From positions 4,960,001 through 5,024,000 of the forward strand of contig OY769902.1 of NCBI GenBank assembly GCA_963669175.1: a stretch of 64,000 nt of DNA. Reading direction: 5' to 3'. The position numbers and the translations under genes were made by a program. The notes below the pieces were generated by a model. That model ran no database searches. It worked only from the letters and a program-made list of their open reading frames with translations, and was not told the origin of the DNA. This document shows, one piece after another, positions 20,201 to 28,596 of the stretch. Position 1 is the first letter of the stretch. Every line of letters begins with the position of its first letter. The DNA is from a bacterium. GTDB lineage: Bacteria; Electryoneota; Electryoneia; Electryoneales; Electryoneaceae.

Positions 20201-20596
20201 GTCCATGTCGTTCCAGGTGAAATGACGCAGGTATTCCAAAACCTGATCCGTAACGCTGTCGATGCCATGCACGGTATGGAAGAACAACGACTCTGGATTC
20301 GCTCTTTCCGAAGAGACGGGAAGGTTTTCCTGGAGATCGAAGACAATGGTCCAGGTATCAGCGAAGAGAACCAGGAAAGAATCTTTGATCCCTTCTTCTC
20401 CACCAAGCCTGCTGAGGGTGATGATAATGCAAAACTTGGTGAGCCTAAAGGGACAGGATTGGGTCTGTGGATGTGCAAAGAAGCCATGGAAAGCTTTAAT
20501 GGCAACATTATGGTAAGAAGCACCCTGGGCAAGGGAGCCTTGTTCACACTGTCCCTCCCACTCACCGAACCAACAGAACAGGATACGGAAGAGTAG
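17264..20596 (+). CDS. sensor histidine kinase with periplasmic beta-propeller and Y_Y_Y domain
   Basis: Reg_prop-like repeats, FEYRLVG...GRYRFEV, PPWYRS + TM, H-box VHNLRNPL, NLIRNA, DNGPG, PFFSTK, GTGLGL. Confidence 0.93.
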   Translation: MHSQPKTTNHILFLTVALFLLAGVLSAYLLCPVASQAATRELGQTFLHAFDQKDTGGGAQNFGVVQDKNGLIYVANLMHVLEYDGMRWRQIYHPQRFRSLSVCVDSANTVFVGYQGDFGFLERDAVGRNQFHSLKSELPDTIANPGYIWNVTADNQHVYFRSPERLYRWTPNGSSPDQGQLRIWSFPAGSRLKGPFIAGQTCLVWQNGVGLVEVCSDSLHLFPNGNLLADIPVRCMTPLSESTWLLACEDKGLYHFGNGSLEHLTCPADDYVRKHFATSCQQLPDGRIALGTRYGGLLIITRDGQISRIIDKAMGLPDDNVLGPVFVDDQWGLWTPLNYGIARVEALSPLDEFGFDTGLEGSVNSILRFNKTIYVGTSQGLSYLAPASRDGRPASFKRIPGVQDRCWQLLSVAGNLYAILTDGIYRIVDPARPPQLVYQIDMAYCATLSPDSSRMFIGTYNQGLHVLRNRGNSWKYEGTVPGTSKQILRMTTDTENNLWLMVEYKFIERIHVDNSTPPDQWKVEVYNTSDGLPKPSLYYPILLNDQLFVGSVHGLHRFNAASNRFVPDSSLGDPFGSGDRGLWNLTMDPKGRVWFNSQFAKGAYVNIGKKKKYELKYPLVRVVGGNYLCFYPEQNGDVVWAGSEDGRLIRYDQTIPFPPETPFPALIRRVTIGGDSLLLDGSLHGDEEAMRLPYSLNSFRFEFTIPRFDAPAANKFEYRLVGLSDSWSSWTNEIYKDFNSLLEGRYRFEVRGHDVYYHESEIGGFDFIILPPWYRSYWAYSLYVLLFIGGVYLLIKWEIRRVEQRNRQLEKLVEKRTGQLAEANKKIQEYNETLEEKLEERTRHLIVSERQAVFGQLVQGIVHNLRNPLTTSMNSVEIMRIALERFKHDRFDSAEDEKMMMEAAFETVRKSIRWMEQANDTLNDMINTLLTKSRSDKGENMKHVDLNQLVENELKFLQADLRFKKLAARNLELEDDVLWVHVVPGEMTQVFQNLIRNAVDAMHGMEEQRLWIRSFRRDGKVFLEIEDNGPGISEENQERIFDPFFSTKPAEGDDNAKLGEPKGTGLGLWMCKEAMESFNGNIMVRSTLGKGALFTLSLPLTEPTEQDTEE

Positions 20597-21389
20597 AGGT
20601 CAATCGGCAGGCAATATTCAAAATGCAAAATATTCGATAGTTCAAGACCTCTCAAAAATTGCCCCTCAGGATTTATCCCCTCTTAAAAGACACTCGAAAA
20701 ACCCCATTTTTTCTGCCACGATGAACTGCATTCAACGGCGTATCTCGTAAGTATAAAATATGTTTTGCCATTTCCAGTTTGATTGGCAGCAATTTTACCG
20801 CATTCCAACCAGTTAAGAACAAATAAGTGAGATCATGTCATTTGCTACAATAAAGCCAGCCGATCTGGCGAGATTTAATAGCTGAAGATAACTAATAGCT
20901 TTCACAATATATTTCTTCCGTTTCCTTGCCCAACTACTTCACATCCAACGGGACGATTTTGCCCATGCAATACGGTAAAAAATGCCTTTCCCAAGAGTGT
21001 TAACACCCCCTCACAATAGGGTTAGCCTTTGATTTGTACCTCCTGGAGACAGAGGCAGAAATGGAATTATTTTCGATTTTTTGAAGTTAAAGTTCTCACG
21101 ACACGAAATACCCACCCCCTAAACGCAAAATTAACAAATACCTGTAACGCACTCCCATAACTCAACACCTCGAACATTACCCGAAACTTACCGAAAGCAT
21201 CACATGAGCTTTTTGGTATTTGGACCATTTGGAGCGACGGTTGCTTTACTGGAAGTACGTGGGCCGGAACAAATCCATGGTGCTTTCTCACTGTAGAAAA
21301 TTGCTAAAGCATCCGATGAGAAGAGTTGAGACCATGGTTTAAGTTTTTTAGCGATCGGGTACGTACTACAAAATTCGAGAGGTGAAAAG

Positions 21390-21677
21390 ATGAGGACGGT
21401 GTTAGCTGCTATTTTACTGTTGACGATTCCGCTTGCATTGTCAGCTGGTGTGATTATTGTCGGTCAGGATGTTGATACAGTAGAGAAGGGTGTATTGATC
21501 GCAGAAGATGGAGATACCCTTCTCGTACCAAGCACTGTCAATCCTTATGCGATTGATGACATGGATAAAGATCTGACCATCGGCCTGTACGCAACAGAGC
21601 CACCGGACTATGATGAACCGGATTCCACTATTTACGGAACCAACTCTCCGTGCCCCCAGTGCCCGGATGAGCCGTGA
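21390..21677 (+). CDS. small secreted hypothetical protein
   Basis: GAGG RBS, signal peptide, downstream terminator hairpin. Confidence 0.65.
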   Translation: MRTVLAAILLLTIPLALSAGVIIVGQDVDTVEKGVLIAEDGDTLLVPSTVNPYAIDDMDKDLTIGLYATEPPDYDEPDSTIYGTNSPCPQCPDEP

Positions 21678-21727
21678 TCCAGTAACATCTGACAACAATC
21701 TGCTGTGGTTGTTGTCTTGAGTTGTAT

Positions 21728-21759
21728 CAGCGCCTGTTCCAGATCTGGAATAGGCGCTG
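21728..21759 (+). terminator. terminator-like hairpin
   Basis: CAGCGCCTGTTCCAGA/TCTGGAATAGGCGCTG near-perfect palindrome. Confidence 0.6.
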
Positions 21760-22068
21760 TCTGTTCTCACCAATCTTTGTAACTCCTTTCCTGTTATTAT
21801 CCGCAGTCTTGAAAATAGGGTCACGTTAGAGATCAGTCTTGAAATAATACCGCGTTAGAGAGGTGTGACTGTGATATCATACCGTTGAATACCTCAATCT
21901 GACTTCGCCACCATGAGACGTTTCATCCAGGAACCAGCAAATACTCCTTTCCCATCCTTTCCGCCGGTACGAATAGGTTACAACCTGAACTGAATCGTGA
22001 TACCTATACGACTCGACGCTCTCCCCTAAGACTCTCGTAAACAATGCAAATACAACAACTAAGCAAAG

Positions 22069-22084
22069 AGGCATATCGGTTGCC
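22069..22084 (+). promoter_or_regulatory. putative sigma54 (-24/-12) promoter
   Basis: AGGCATATCGGTTGCC has the GG-N10-GC spacing; near-identical copy at 42396. Confidence 0.55.
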
Positions 22085-22157
22085 TTTGCGATTATCGCAG
22101 ACATGTGGCAGCATGTCCATTTCATACCATACAGCGGAATAGCCAAAGGAGAGAACC

Positions 22158-22442
22158 ATGCGCGTGAGTCCAGTGCAAGGCAGTCAGATGAATCTTCGTG
22201 CCGGGAAAAGCGCTCCCGCCGCCAGGAACACGAACAACAACAGCGCCAGCCAGAGTTCCAGCCAGGCCACCTCGGACAAGGTTACGATTTCCAAAGCGGG
22301 GCGTGCAGCCGCAAATCAGAACCAGGCAGCGGCAGCAGGCCAGCAGGCAGGGATGTCCCAGGGCACCAATGCGAAAGACATGGCGAAGATCACCACCAAC
22401 TTCTCTGAACGCTCAGGCGTGACGTTTGGCGGAAAAGGCTGA
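22158..22442 (+). CDS. small low-complexity protein with DKVTIS motif (FlgM-N-like)
   Basis: AGGAG RBS; coding-like codon usage; SDKVTISKAGR. Confidence 0.7.
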   Translation: MRVSPVQGSQMNLRAGKSAPAARNTNNNSASQSSSQATSDKVTISKAGRAAANQNQAAAAGQQAGMSQGTNAKDMAKITTNFSERSGVTFGGKG

Positions 22443-22581
22443 TACACTTCCTGCTGAGAGTTCCTGTCTTCCTGTTGTTGGCAACGGGGTAAAGGGTCCG
22501 CTCAATACATATAACCATCGAGGGCCGATGTGATAGATCGGTCCCCTCGTTGAAGATAGAATCTCTATGCTTCAAAGAGAA

Positions 22582-22613
22582 AACCGACGTTGAGGCCAGT
22601 CTCAACGTCGGTT
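22582..22613. terminator. terminator hairpin between convergent genes
   Basis: AACCGACGTTGAG/CTCAACGTCGGTT 13-bp stem. Confidence 0.65.
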
Positions 22614-22638
22614 GAAGTGGGCTGTTCAGGAATACACT

Positions 22639-23199
22639 TTACAGCAGCGCCTTGATCTTTTCTTCCATGGCTGCTTTGGGCATGCCACCGACAAAACGTG
22701 CCCGTACTTTACCATCCCGATCGATGATAAACTTGGTCGGGATACCGGTAATGGGGCCATACATATTTACCACTTCGGCCGTAGCAAGAACGACCGGGTA
22801 ATTCATTCCCTGGTTTTCTGCGAAGGAGGCCACTTTGTCCGGACCTTCGCGCCCCAGCGCTGCGCCTACAAAAACGACACCCTTATCCTTGTATTCATCC
22901 TGCAGCTCAATGAAGCCGGGGATCTCAGCACGGCAGGGAGGACACCAGGTATCCCAGAAATCAAGGACGACGACCTTGCCTTTAAAGTCCGCCAATGTTA
23001 CATCGGCGCCTTTTAAATTCTGCATGGTCCAGATGGGCGCATCCTGTGCCTGATCTACAGGCATTATTCCTTCCGGCAGACCTGAATTCTGTGTTTGCTG
23101 TTGTTGAGCGTTTGCCGTTTCCGTTTTCTTGCCGCATCCTGCCAGGCAGAAAGCCAACACCAGACCAGCGATTATTATGGTCGAAGTTGCACGTCGCAT
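22639..23199 (-). CDS. TlpA/ResA thiol-disulfide oxidoreductase lipoprotein
   Basis: Lipobox LAGC; DFWDTWCPPCRAEIP; GIPTKFIIDRDG. Confidence 0.92.
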   Translation of the reverse strand: MRRATSTIIIAGLVLAFCLAGCGKKTETANAQQQQTQNSGLPEGIMPVDQAQDAPIWTMQNLKGADVTLADFKGKVVVLDFWDTWCPPCRAEIPGFIELQDEYKDKGVVFVGAALGREGPDKVASFAENQGMNYPVVLATAEVVNMYGPITGIPTKFIIDRDGKVRARFVGGMPKAAMEEKIKALL

Positions 23200-23372
23200 C
23201 GTTTTCTCCGCATGTATTTTGTTTCTTTTTTTTACGAATGGACTAACTTTCAAGATAGTTTCAATCAAAAGGTTTCGCTCTTTCTTCGATAACAGGAAAA
23301 AGGGAATAAGAGTCTTGGTTGCCACTCCTGGCAGAGAACATAATCCTGTTTAAATGTATAGATCTCATCTTC

Positions 23373-23615
23373 TTATGACGCCTGATTTGGATCCTGCTGG
23401 CTATTCCCCTGTTGTGACGCTGCTACTTTCTTTGACGACGAACTGAAAACGCCGTTTAACAGGAATCCGAACACGGCGCCATATACTGTTGAGATATAAG
23501 GATTCGACCAGAGTGGACAGGTTCCACTGAGACACCCCACCTTATACCAGTACAGAAAGCCTGCCAGCGCTCCCAGAAGCGGTAACCCAATCTTGAGAAT
23601 TCTTTTTCTGTTCAT
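23373..23615 (-). CDS. DUF6132-like small membrane protein
   Basis: GFLYWYKVGCLSGTCPLWSNPYISTVYG motif. Confidence 0.82.
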   Translation of the reverse strand: MNRKRILKIGLPLLGALAGFLYWYKVGCLSGTCPLWSNPYISTVYGAVFGFLLNGVFSSSSKKVAASQQGNSQQDPNQAS

Positions 23616-23682
23616 GAATGGCATCCTGTGTTGCAATTGTTTTCTATGTTTTGGAACGCGATGACGTTCCCCTGATAAGTAG

Positions 23683-23707
23683 GATGCAGTTGGCATCGAG
23701 AGGTTGC
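23683..23707 (-). promoter_or_regulatory. putative ECF sigma promoter
   Basis: GCAACC-N13-TGCATC on the minus strand; matches the site at 26139-26163. Confidence 0.55.
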
Positions 23708-23864
23708 CGGGGTAATGGAGTTACCTGGAGCGACTGGATGCACCGGGGTTTGGTTTGATCAATCCGATAAAAGCACACCCCACCCCGTATCGATCCCGGA
23801 GTGGGGGATGATTTTCAACTATTGGCTTGTAAACCACTCAGCCTTTAAGATCCACTACACTTGC

Positions 23865-24269
23865 TTAGGGCCGGTAGATGATCTCGTAGACTTTGTTCTT
23901 GTCATCAAGTGTCAGGAAGAGATCACGCTTATCGTTGGAGAAGTAGATTTTCCAGTGATAAGTCTTGTAATCCGGCATGGGGCCATTACCTTCGCCGAGG
24001 TACTTTTCAGCTTGCCACTGCCCGATCTTGTTGGTCATCTTCCGGATTTCCGCCTGGTAACTGTTCAGGCTGTTGCCATCCTGGAACATCCCTTCACCGA
24101 AGTCGCGGCAATAGGTGAAAGCGTCCTGTACCATGAACCCTTCACGAAGGTTTTCGAATACCTTCTGGGCATCGTACGGTGGCGGTGGTTTTTCACAACC
24201 GCCAAAAAAGAAAAAGACGACCCCTATGGCCGCCACTAAACCTAGTACAGCAAACGTCGACTTCTTCAT
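23865..24269 (-). CDS. hypothetical lipoprotein (possibly DUF3887-like)
   Basis: Lipobox-like FGGC; 24 bp downstream of the anti-sigma gene. Confidence 0.7.
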   Translation of the reverse strand: MKKSTFAVLGLVAAIGVVFFFFGGCEKPPPPYDAQKVFENLREGFMVQDAFTYCRDFGEGMFQDGNSLNSYQAEIRKMTNKIGQWQAEKYLGEGNGPMPDYKTYHWKIYFSNDKRDLFLTLDDKNKVYEIIYRP

Positions 24270-24293
24270 CGTGTTCCCCCACCGTTGAAGGAG

Positions 24294-24578
24294 TTACGCG
24301 TCTGAGGAGATACCTTTCACATGTGCCGGGATATCGAGATGCAGTTCTTTCAACAGACGCCACTGCACATCTTTCGGCACCTCCCGAGAAGGCATTTCCT
24401 GCTTAAAAATGCGAATTGTTTTTTTCAGGGAATCAATCTCAGCACAGCATTTCGGGCAGTTTTTTACATGATCCATGACTTCCTGGCAGGCTTCTCTGCC
24501 AACCTCATGGCCAAGTTGGAACTCGAGGATGTCGCAGATCTGCTCCATCGTGTGGGTGCATGGGCTTTTATCCGTCAT
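24294..24578 (-). CDS. zinc-binding anti-sigma factor (ZAS/zf-HC2)
   Basis: HVKNCPKC (HxxxCxxC); start overlaps the ECF stop; no TM segment. Confidence 0.88.
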   Translation of the reverse strand: MTDKSPCTHTMEQICDILEFQLGHEVGREACQEVMDHVKNCPKCCAEIDSLKKTIRIFKQEMPSREVPKDVQWRLLKELHLDIPAHVKGISSDA

Positions 24579-25249
24579 GCCGCACCTCCATCATCGGCGA
24601 TAGCCAGCTCGGCCAATCGCTTGCGTAACCGTACACGCGCCCTGTGCAAATTAGCCTTTACCGCGGAAACAGACTTCCCGGTTTCTTCCGCAATTTCAGC
24701 CATCGTCAGGCCTTCCAGATCCTTTAACACAAAAGCGGTTCGAAGGTGCATCGGCAGGGAGTAGATCGCTTTTTCCAACTCACGCCTCAGCTCTTCATTC
24801 AACGCGCTTTCCAAGGGATCCAGGTTCAACGTCTCCGCCACGAAACCCGGTGGCTCTTCTTCACTACTGTCCAGGGGATGCTCGACAATGGGTATAAAGT
24901 ACTTGCCCTTTTTTTTACGTAACTGCATCAGGGCTTCATTGGCGGCAATCCGGTGGATCCAGGTCCCAAGTTTACTATCCCGGCGAAAATCAGACAGTTT
25001 TTCGAATACCTTCAGGAAGGTGTCCTGAAGTACGCATTCCGCACCATCCTCATCCCCCATCAAGCGCAACCCAAGGTTGTACACATTCTGTTGATGATCC
25101 AGCACGATCTGTGTTTTCGCTGCTGCATCACCTTCGAGCGCGCGCGCGATGAGTTCCTGTTCCCGGGATAGTTCTTCCTCAACCTGCCGGGTCTCGTTAT
25201 CGTGTTCAGCGGTTGTTTCGTGCACCGCTGCAGCCTGCTTTTCACTCAT
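24575..25249 (-). CDS. ECF RNA polymerase sigma factor
   Basis: QDTFLKVF, TWIHRIAAN, region 4 EIAEETG...VKANLHRAR. Confidence 0.95.
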   Translation of the reverse strand: MSEKQAAAVHETTAEHDNETRQVEEELSREQELIARALEGDAAAKTQIVLDHQQNVYNLGLRLMGDEDGAECVLQDTFLKVFEKLSDFRRDSKLGTWIHRIAANEALMQLRKKKGKYFIPIVEHPLDSSEEEPPGFVAETLNLDPLESALNEELRRELEKAIYSLPMHLRTAFVLKDLEGLTMAEIAEETGKSVSAVKANLHRARVRLRKRLAELAIADDGGAA

Positions 25250-25410
25250 GTCCCAAACTTAGGTCAGAGTGAAGCCAAACGCCAGTCTCTCCGGTACCTG
25301 TAAGCCAGTTCTGAAAAGGAATATTTCTTTTCAGTTAACCCTTCGGTAACGGAGAAAAAGCAAGTGACAAGACTGTGATCGAACCCTCAAGTTGAGAAAG
25401 AACAAACAGT

Positions 25411-25434
25411 AAGCCGGGTGAAACCACCCGGCTT
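25411..25434 (-). terminator. terminator hairpin
   Basis: AAGCCGGGTG-AAAC-CACCCGGCTT just past the stop of the thioredoxin-like gene. Confidence 0.6.
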
Positions 25435-25447
25435 CTGAAATATGTGT

Positions 25448-26089
25448 TTACAACTGCTTCAACTCGGCTAACAGCATCTCTTCGGGACGCATGCCTTCGA
25501 GGGCTGTATCTTCGTTGATGATTGTTCGCGGCACTCCCATCACATTGTACTTCTGGGAAAGCTGCGGGAACTCGGTCGCTTCCACCATATCACCAACGAC
25601 CTTATCCGATTCGAAAGCCATCTGGTGTGCCAACCGGACTGCACCCGGGCAGTAGGGGCAGGTCGGGGTTACGAACACCTGGAAATGAACAGGACTGTCC
25701 AGTGTCTTCAGGTAGGCGCGGGTATCATCAGCGAGTCCACTGTCGCCTTCGGACAACATCAGGATATCCTCGAGCAGGGTCGCAAATTCATACCCGGAAG
25801 GAATACCGTAAAAACGGATGCCATGATCAACACCATCTTCACCAACCATGACCGTCGCAGGAATCTTGTCGATATTATATTTCTCGACCATCTCCTTGTC
25901 GGTGGTGAAATTATACTTCTCCAGCTCCAGTTTATCGGAAAGCTCAGCAACTTCTTCCAGCAATTGGCCGGTTTCACGGCAGAACTGGCATTCGAGCTCC
26001 TGGGTGAAATAAATGAACTTTACCTTACCGGTCATTGGCGCGATGCGTTCCTGAATGGCGACTTTATCTTTGTCTTGAAGCAAACCCAT
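25448..26089 (-). CDS. protein disulfide oxidoreductase (two thioredoxin folds, AhpF-N/PDO-like)
   Basis: CQFC and CPYC active sites; GIPSGYEFATL. Confidence 0.92.
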   Translation of the reverse strand: MGLLQDKDKVAIQERIAPMTGKVKFIYFTQELECQFCRETGQLLEEVAELSDKLELEKYNFTTDKEMVEKYNIDKIPATVMVGEDGVDHGIRFYGIPSGYEFATLLEDILMLSEGDSGLADDTRAYLKTLDSPVHFQVFVTPTCPYCPGAVRLAHQMAFESDKVVGDMVEATEFPQLSQKYNVMGVPRTIINEDTALEGMRPEEMLLAELKQL

Positions 26090-26138
26090 GGTTGTTTTCC
26101 TTTTCTGTTTGTGCACCCATGCATTGTGTTACCTTTAT

Positions 26139-26163
26139 GATGCACTGAGCGTCGGAAGGTTTC
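26139..26163 (-). promoter_or_regulatory. putative ECF sigma promoter
   Basis: GAAACC-N13-TGCATC on the minus strand, about 50 nt upstream of the ATG. Confidence 0.55.
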
Positions 26164-26283
26164 ACCAGGGAAAAACAGATGTCGAGCCAAGCGTCTGGCA
26201 TGATGTTTTTGTACATTGATATATTGTATAGGAACCTGTTACTCCTTCCGGGGTAACGAAAAGCCAACCGAGAGGAACGGAGC

Positions 26284-26790
26284 ATGACACGCATCAGAAC
26301 ACTGGCCTCACTACTGCTGCTTCTTGGATTTGCCCTGCCTGTGCTGGCTCAGGACGGAGATAAAGCGCCGGACTTTACCCTTGAAGACATCAACGATGAA
26401 GAGATTCGCCTGACCGAAGTTCTGGAAAACGGTCCGGTACTCCTCGACTTCTGGGCGACCTGGTGTCGTCCCTGCAAGCAGGCTCTCCCGCTGTTCGCAG
26501 CCATTTATGATGATCTGAAGGACCAGGGATTCACCCTGCTCGCCATCAGTGTTGACGATACCAAGTCCATGAACAAGGTTAAACCGTACGTAAAGAGCAA
26601 CGAATGGGAGTTCCCGGTACTTTACGATCCCACCAGCGAGGTGCTGAAGTCTTTCCGTGGACGCACCGTTCCGCATGCCGTGCTGATTTCTCAGGATGGC
26701 CGGATCGTAAAAACCTGGATCGGCTACCATTCCGGCGAAGAAGAGGAAGTGCGTGCTGAAATTATGAAGCTCCTGGGTGCGAACGAATAA
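26284..26790 (+). CDS. TlpA family disulfide reductase
   Basis: Signal peptide; DFWATWCRPC. Confidence 0.92.
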   Translation: MTRIRTLASLLLLLGFALPVLAQDGDKAPDFTLEDINDEEIRLTEVLENGPVLLDFWATWCRPCKQALPLFAAIYDDLKDQGFTLLAISVDDTKSMNKVKPYVKSNEWEFPVLYDPTSEVLKSFRGRTVPHAVLISQDGRIVKTWIGYHSGEEEEVRAEIMKLLGANE

Positions 26791-26845
26791 ACGCTTTCCC
26801 GGCTTCAAACGTGAACTAACCATAACCAGCATAGGAAACAGGTAC

Positions 26846-28420
26846 ATGCGCACTGTTACCATTGCATTGCTGATTTTCATGTTGATTCTCCCCTGTGCTC
26901 TCCAGGCGCAGCAGATCAACCTGCAGGGCTCAAACGAGATGAAATGGGCCGATGGTGAAGAGACCCAGGGTGACGTGACCAGTTCCAAGCGTTACTTTGA
27001 AGACCGCCTGAACATGGATATGTTTTACGACAATATCCGTTTCGGCGCACGCTTCACCATGCTGCAACCTTCTGAATTCGGTGAAACCCGTCTCGGCAAT
27101 GAGACCCTGGAAAAGCGTTTTCTCGAATACCGGAACGATGACCGCACCTTCTACCTTCGTGCGGGCGATTTTTATACGACCTGGGGACGTGGGCTAACCC
27201 TCAACCTGATCGAGGATATTGACCTCGGCTTCGATTCCGGTCTTGACGGTCTGCTGGTTGGCAGCAACTGGCGCTTCCTGAAAGCGGAAGCGTTGAGCGG
27301 GCGCAGCACCAGCAATTACCTGGGCGCGGTACGTGAAGCCCAGATCAGCGGCGCCAATGTCGAAGCCGATCTGCCCCTGAATATTGACCTTGGTGTCAAT
27401 GCCATGTTGCTGACTCCGGCAGGGACGAATACATACGAAGAGAATCGTACCTATGGAGCGTACGCGGACTGGCAGGGCGACTGGGTTTCGGTATACGTCG
27501 AACACGCCCAGGAGTATGTAACACTGCCGACAGGCCATGCCAACGAAGACGACGACAACCGTGGCAGTTACATGTCCGTCAGCGCCTACAAGGGCCAGTT
27601 CGGCATAATCCTCGACTATAAAAACTACCAGTATCACAAGTACGGTTCCGGTCAGGGCAGCAATAGTCCCTACGCCCCAACGGCCGATGCGCTGGCGTTC
27701 CATTCGCCGCCTGCAGTGCAGCGTGAATTCACCAGCAACCTGATGTCCAAGCATCCTCATATTGTCAAGTACAATGATGAAGTTGGCGGTCAGGTTGAGC
27801 TGACCTGGTCACCGGATTTCGCTACGATCTCCCTGTCTACCGCTCTGTCCAGCTCCCACGAGGATGAAGATTCCTGGATGCCGGTTCTGAAAGAAGAAAA
27901 CAGCCCTTACCGTGAGACTTTCATAGAGGTCAGCGCGTACCCGACCATGGGCAGTTACCTGCTGGCATGGGCTGGATACAACGAGGATCTGATCTTCAGC
28001 AAGACGATCAGCACCAGCTCTCGAGTTTCCTGGACCAAACGTATGGTGCTCGGCGGCGAGTATGAGACTGATTTGCCATTTGGTGGAATCACGGGGATTG
28101 TCAGTGCGGAAGGCATGAATGTTACGGAAATCCTGAACGATGACAGTGAAGTGGACCACATGGAAGCGCGCTTCGAACTGGGCGCGATATATATGGCCAA
28201 CTACACCATCATCGGCGCGCTGGAATGGTCCGAAGAACCGGACGATCTTGACGGAAAAGACACCTGGGTGAGCATCACCGGACGCGCGGTGATCGCGGAA
28301 AACCATGAACTGCTGGTTACGGTGGGACGCGAACGTGGCGGCCTGGTCTGTTCTTCCGGCAAATGCCGTACAGTGACTCCGTTCAGCGGTGTAAAGATTG
28401 GCCTGGTCAGCATTTTCTAA
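26846..28420 (+). CDS. DUF6029-like outer-membrane beta-barrel protein
   Basis: GDFYTTWGRGL; C-terminal GGLVCSSGKCRTVTPFSG; follows a TlpA gene. Confidence 0.82.
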   Translation: MRTVTIALLIFMLILPCALQAQQINLQGSNEMKWADGEETQGDVTSSKRYFEDRLNMDMFYDNIRFGARFTMLQPSEFGETRLGNETLEKRFLEYRNDDRTFYLRAGDFYTTWGRGLTLNLIEDIDLGFDSGLDGLLVGSNWRFLKAEALSGRSTSNYLGAVREAQISGANVEADLPLNIDLGVNAMLLTPAGTNTYEENRTYGAYADWQGDWVSVYVEHAQEYVTLPTGHANEDDDNRGSYMSVSAYKGQFGIILDYKNYQYHKYGSGQGSNSPYAPTADALAFHSPPAVQREFTSNLMSKHPHIVKYNDEVGGQVELTWSPDFATISLSTALSSSHEDEDSWMPVLKEENSPYRETFIEVSAYPTMGSYLLAWAGYNEDLIFSKTISTSSRVSWTKRMVLGGEYETDLPFGGITGIVSAEGMNVTEILNDDSEVDHMEARFELGAIYMANYTIIGALEWSEEPDDLDGKDTWVSITGRAVIAENHELLVTVGRERGGLVCSSGKCRTVTPFSGVKIGLVSIF

Positions 28421-28464
28421 GCTGAATCAGCAATTACCCGGCTGAACTCGATACGACACTTTAT

Positions 28465-28499
28465 AGCCTGTTTCACGTTCCGGTGAGACAGGCTTTTTT
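28465..28499 (+). terminator. intrinsic terminator
   Basis: AGCCTGTTTCAC/GTGAGACAGGCT stem followed by a T run. Confidence 0.7.
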
Positions 28500-28596
28500 C
28501 TTGTTGCATTTACAGGATGCAAAGGATGATAAGGATATTCAGGATAAACGACTTGAATGCAATAACTGTGGAACTTTGAACTTTCAAACTTTCCAA

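Noticed and set aside
21675-21782. Selenocysteine read-through of TGA after CPQCPDEP
   Set aside because: The TGA is not in a redox motif, a second TGA follows 5 codons later, and the hairpin is too far away and looks like a terminator. All redoxins in the window use Cys.
23640-23770. SAM-type riboswitch upstream of DUF6132
   Set aside because: Core SAM-I elements could not be assembled on the coding strand; an ECF promoter motif explains the region better.
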